Source: a virus. From it: a stretch of 31,136 bases of DNA. Of this stretch, positions 30,481 through 31,136 are shown piece by piece (position 1 is the stretch's first letter; the number at the start of each line of letters is the position of its first letter). The notes beneath the pieces are model-generated. The model was not told the DNA's origin. It saw only the letters and a list, made by a program, of their open reading frames with translations, and made no database searches. Made by a program: the position numbers and the translations under genes. Location: the IMG/VR virus record IMGVR_UViG_3300017746_000077, positions 1 to 31,136 of that record, one strand, 5' to 3'.

Positions 30481-30611
30481 TTTATTTCATTTTTAATTTG
30501 TTTAAATCCTTCTTTAAAGGTTTCAGCTAATTTATATTTGCCTTGTGCAATTCTTATTGTTTCTGTTTCTCCTTCTGCTATCTTTAATAATTCTAATATA
30601 TTTTTTATCAT
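30468..30611 (-). CDS. 47-aa hypothetical miniprotein
   Basis: MIKNILELLKIAEGETETIRIAQGKYKLAETFKEGFKQIKNEIKWQK. ATGA overlap with the 694-aa gene stop. Overlaps the next start by 13 nt. Confidence 0.4.
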   Translation of the reverse strand: MIKNILELLKIAEGETETIRIAQGKYKLAETFKEGFKQIKNEIKWQK

Positions 30612-31136
30612 AATTCATTTAATAATTCCATTGAACTTTCGCCTGTAATTAAATTAGTAGTTAAGTTGTTTATTAAATAACCTTGATTATTAATTACAAC
30701 CTTGTCATTCATATTTAAATTGTAAATAATCTTTAATGGGAAATATGCTTTTAATTTTGTTAACCTTCTTTTATTATTAAATATGTCTTGTATGTATTCT
30801 AAATAATGTTCTTCAAACAAAGTTCCTGTAAACGTTGTATCTAAACTATATTCATTTACTTCTAAATAAAAGTTTATATTTTTTGTACTTGTCGATGAAC
30901 TTATACTTAAACTATTGCTTGGTATGTAATAAGTAGTTAATGAAGATTGACTTGTTTTACTATCTCTAAAAGATATTTCTGTTCCACTTGTAATTTTAAT
31001 TGGATAAAATATTAATGGTTTACCAAAGTATGCTTCCAAATTATCATCAACAAAATATCCATATTGTATTGTTGTTTGTGGAGCAGATAATGTAGGATTA
31101 ACATTCACAAGACGTTCCATTTGAATATGCTCAAAA
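30608..31136 (-). CDS. C-terminal part of the 694-aa junction-spanning virion protein (see 1..1679)
   Basis: The track ORF 30608..31120 begins at an internal Met, which is codon 525 of the full ORF. Bases 31014-31136 duplicate 1-123. Confidence 0.85.
   Translation of the reverse strand, partial: FEHIQMERLVNVNPTLSAPQTTIQYGYFVDDNLEAYFGKPLIFYPIKITSGTEISFRDSKTSQSSLTTYYIPSNSLSISSSTSTKNINFYLEVNEYSLDTTFTGTLFEEHYLEYIQDIFNNKRRLTKLKAYFPLKIIYNLNMNDKVVINNQGYLINNLTTNLITGESSMELLNEL
31014..31136. repeat. Terminal direct repeat, copy 2 (identical to 1-123)
   Basis: Same comparison as copy 1. Confidence 0.95.

Noticed and set aside
1-31136. Prophage or integrative element interpretation
   Set aside because: There is no integrase, recombinase, repressor/Cro pair, att-like flanks or host genes. 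The terminal identity is an exact overlap that reconstitutes an ORF, so it is a circular-assembly artefact rather than att or LTR-type repeats.
1-31136. tRNA, rRNA or other structured RNA genes
   Set aside because: The intergenic gaps are short. They are accounted for by terminator hairpins, promoter-like motifs or the polypurine tract. I saw no cloverleaf-compatible GC-rich stems by eye. A tRNAscan or Infernal run would be the decisive check.

Overview
This window is a complete, AT-rich tailed-phage (Caudoviricetes) genome laid out as a circular-assembly contig. Bases 1-123 are identical to 31014-31136, so the unique length is 31013 bp. One 694-aa virion gene spans the junction; it is missing from the ORF track because it is cut by the window edge. 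Every credible gene is on the minus strand, and the plus-strand ORFs look like antisense shadows. In transcription order (descending coordinates) the genome reads as follows. (1) Early replication/recombination block, 13951 to 7582: NinG, SSB-like protein, RepA/DnaB-like ATPase, ECF-like sigma factor, two PD-(D/E)XK-like nucleases, FEN-type 5'-3' exonuclease and a DnaA-domain-IV-like HTH protein. (2) Packaging, 7526 to 5916: terS-like gene and terL. (3) A chain of translationally coupled mini-ORFs, 5916 to 4506. (4) Neck and tail genes, 4414 to 1, continuing across the junction to 30608. (5) A tape-measure-like or internal virion protein, an XkdF-type prohead protease, scaffold candidates, the major capsid protein, a portal fused to a MuF-like domain, and a 1545-aa tail fibre with a C-terminal S74 chaperone. 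(6) A lysis/envelope cassette, 16888 to 14216. I saw no integrase, repressor, DNA polymerase, primase, tRNA or CRISPR array. Low G+C, absent Shine-Dalgarno sequences and A-rich leaders suggest a Bacteroidota (Flavobacteriia-like) host; this is inference only. The most interesting signals are: (a) a phage ECF-like sigma factor plus five copies of a CGT-type promoter motif in front of every late operon, four of them close enough to the ATG to predict leaderless mRNAs; (b) a separate 22-bp near-palindromic early motif in four copies; (c) a translationally coupled triad of membrane coiled-coil protein, Cys-less secreted thioredoxin fold and lipoprotein in the lysis region; (d) a ~90-nt polypurine tract at the late/early boundary. 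All functional calls rest on motifs recognised by eye. No database search was run.
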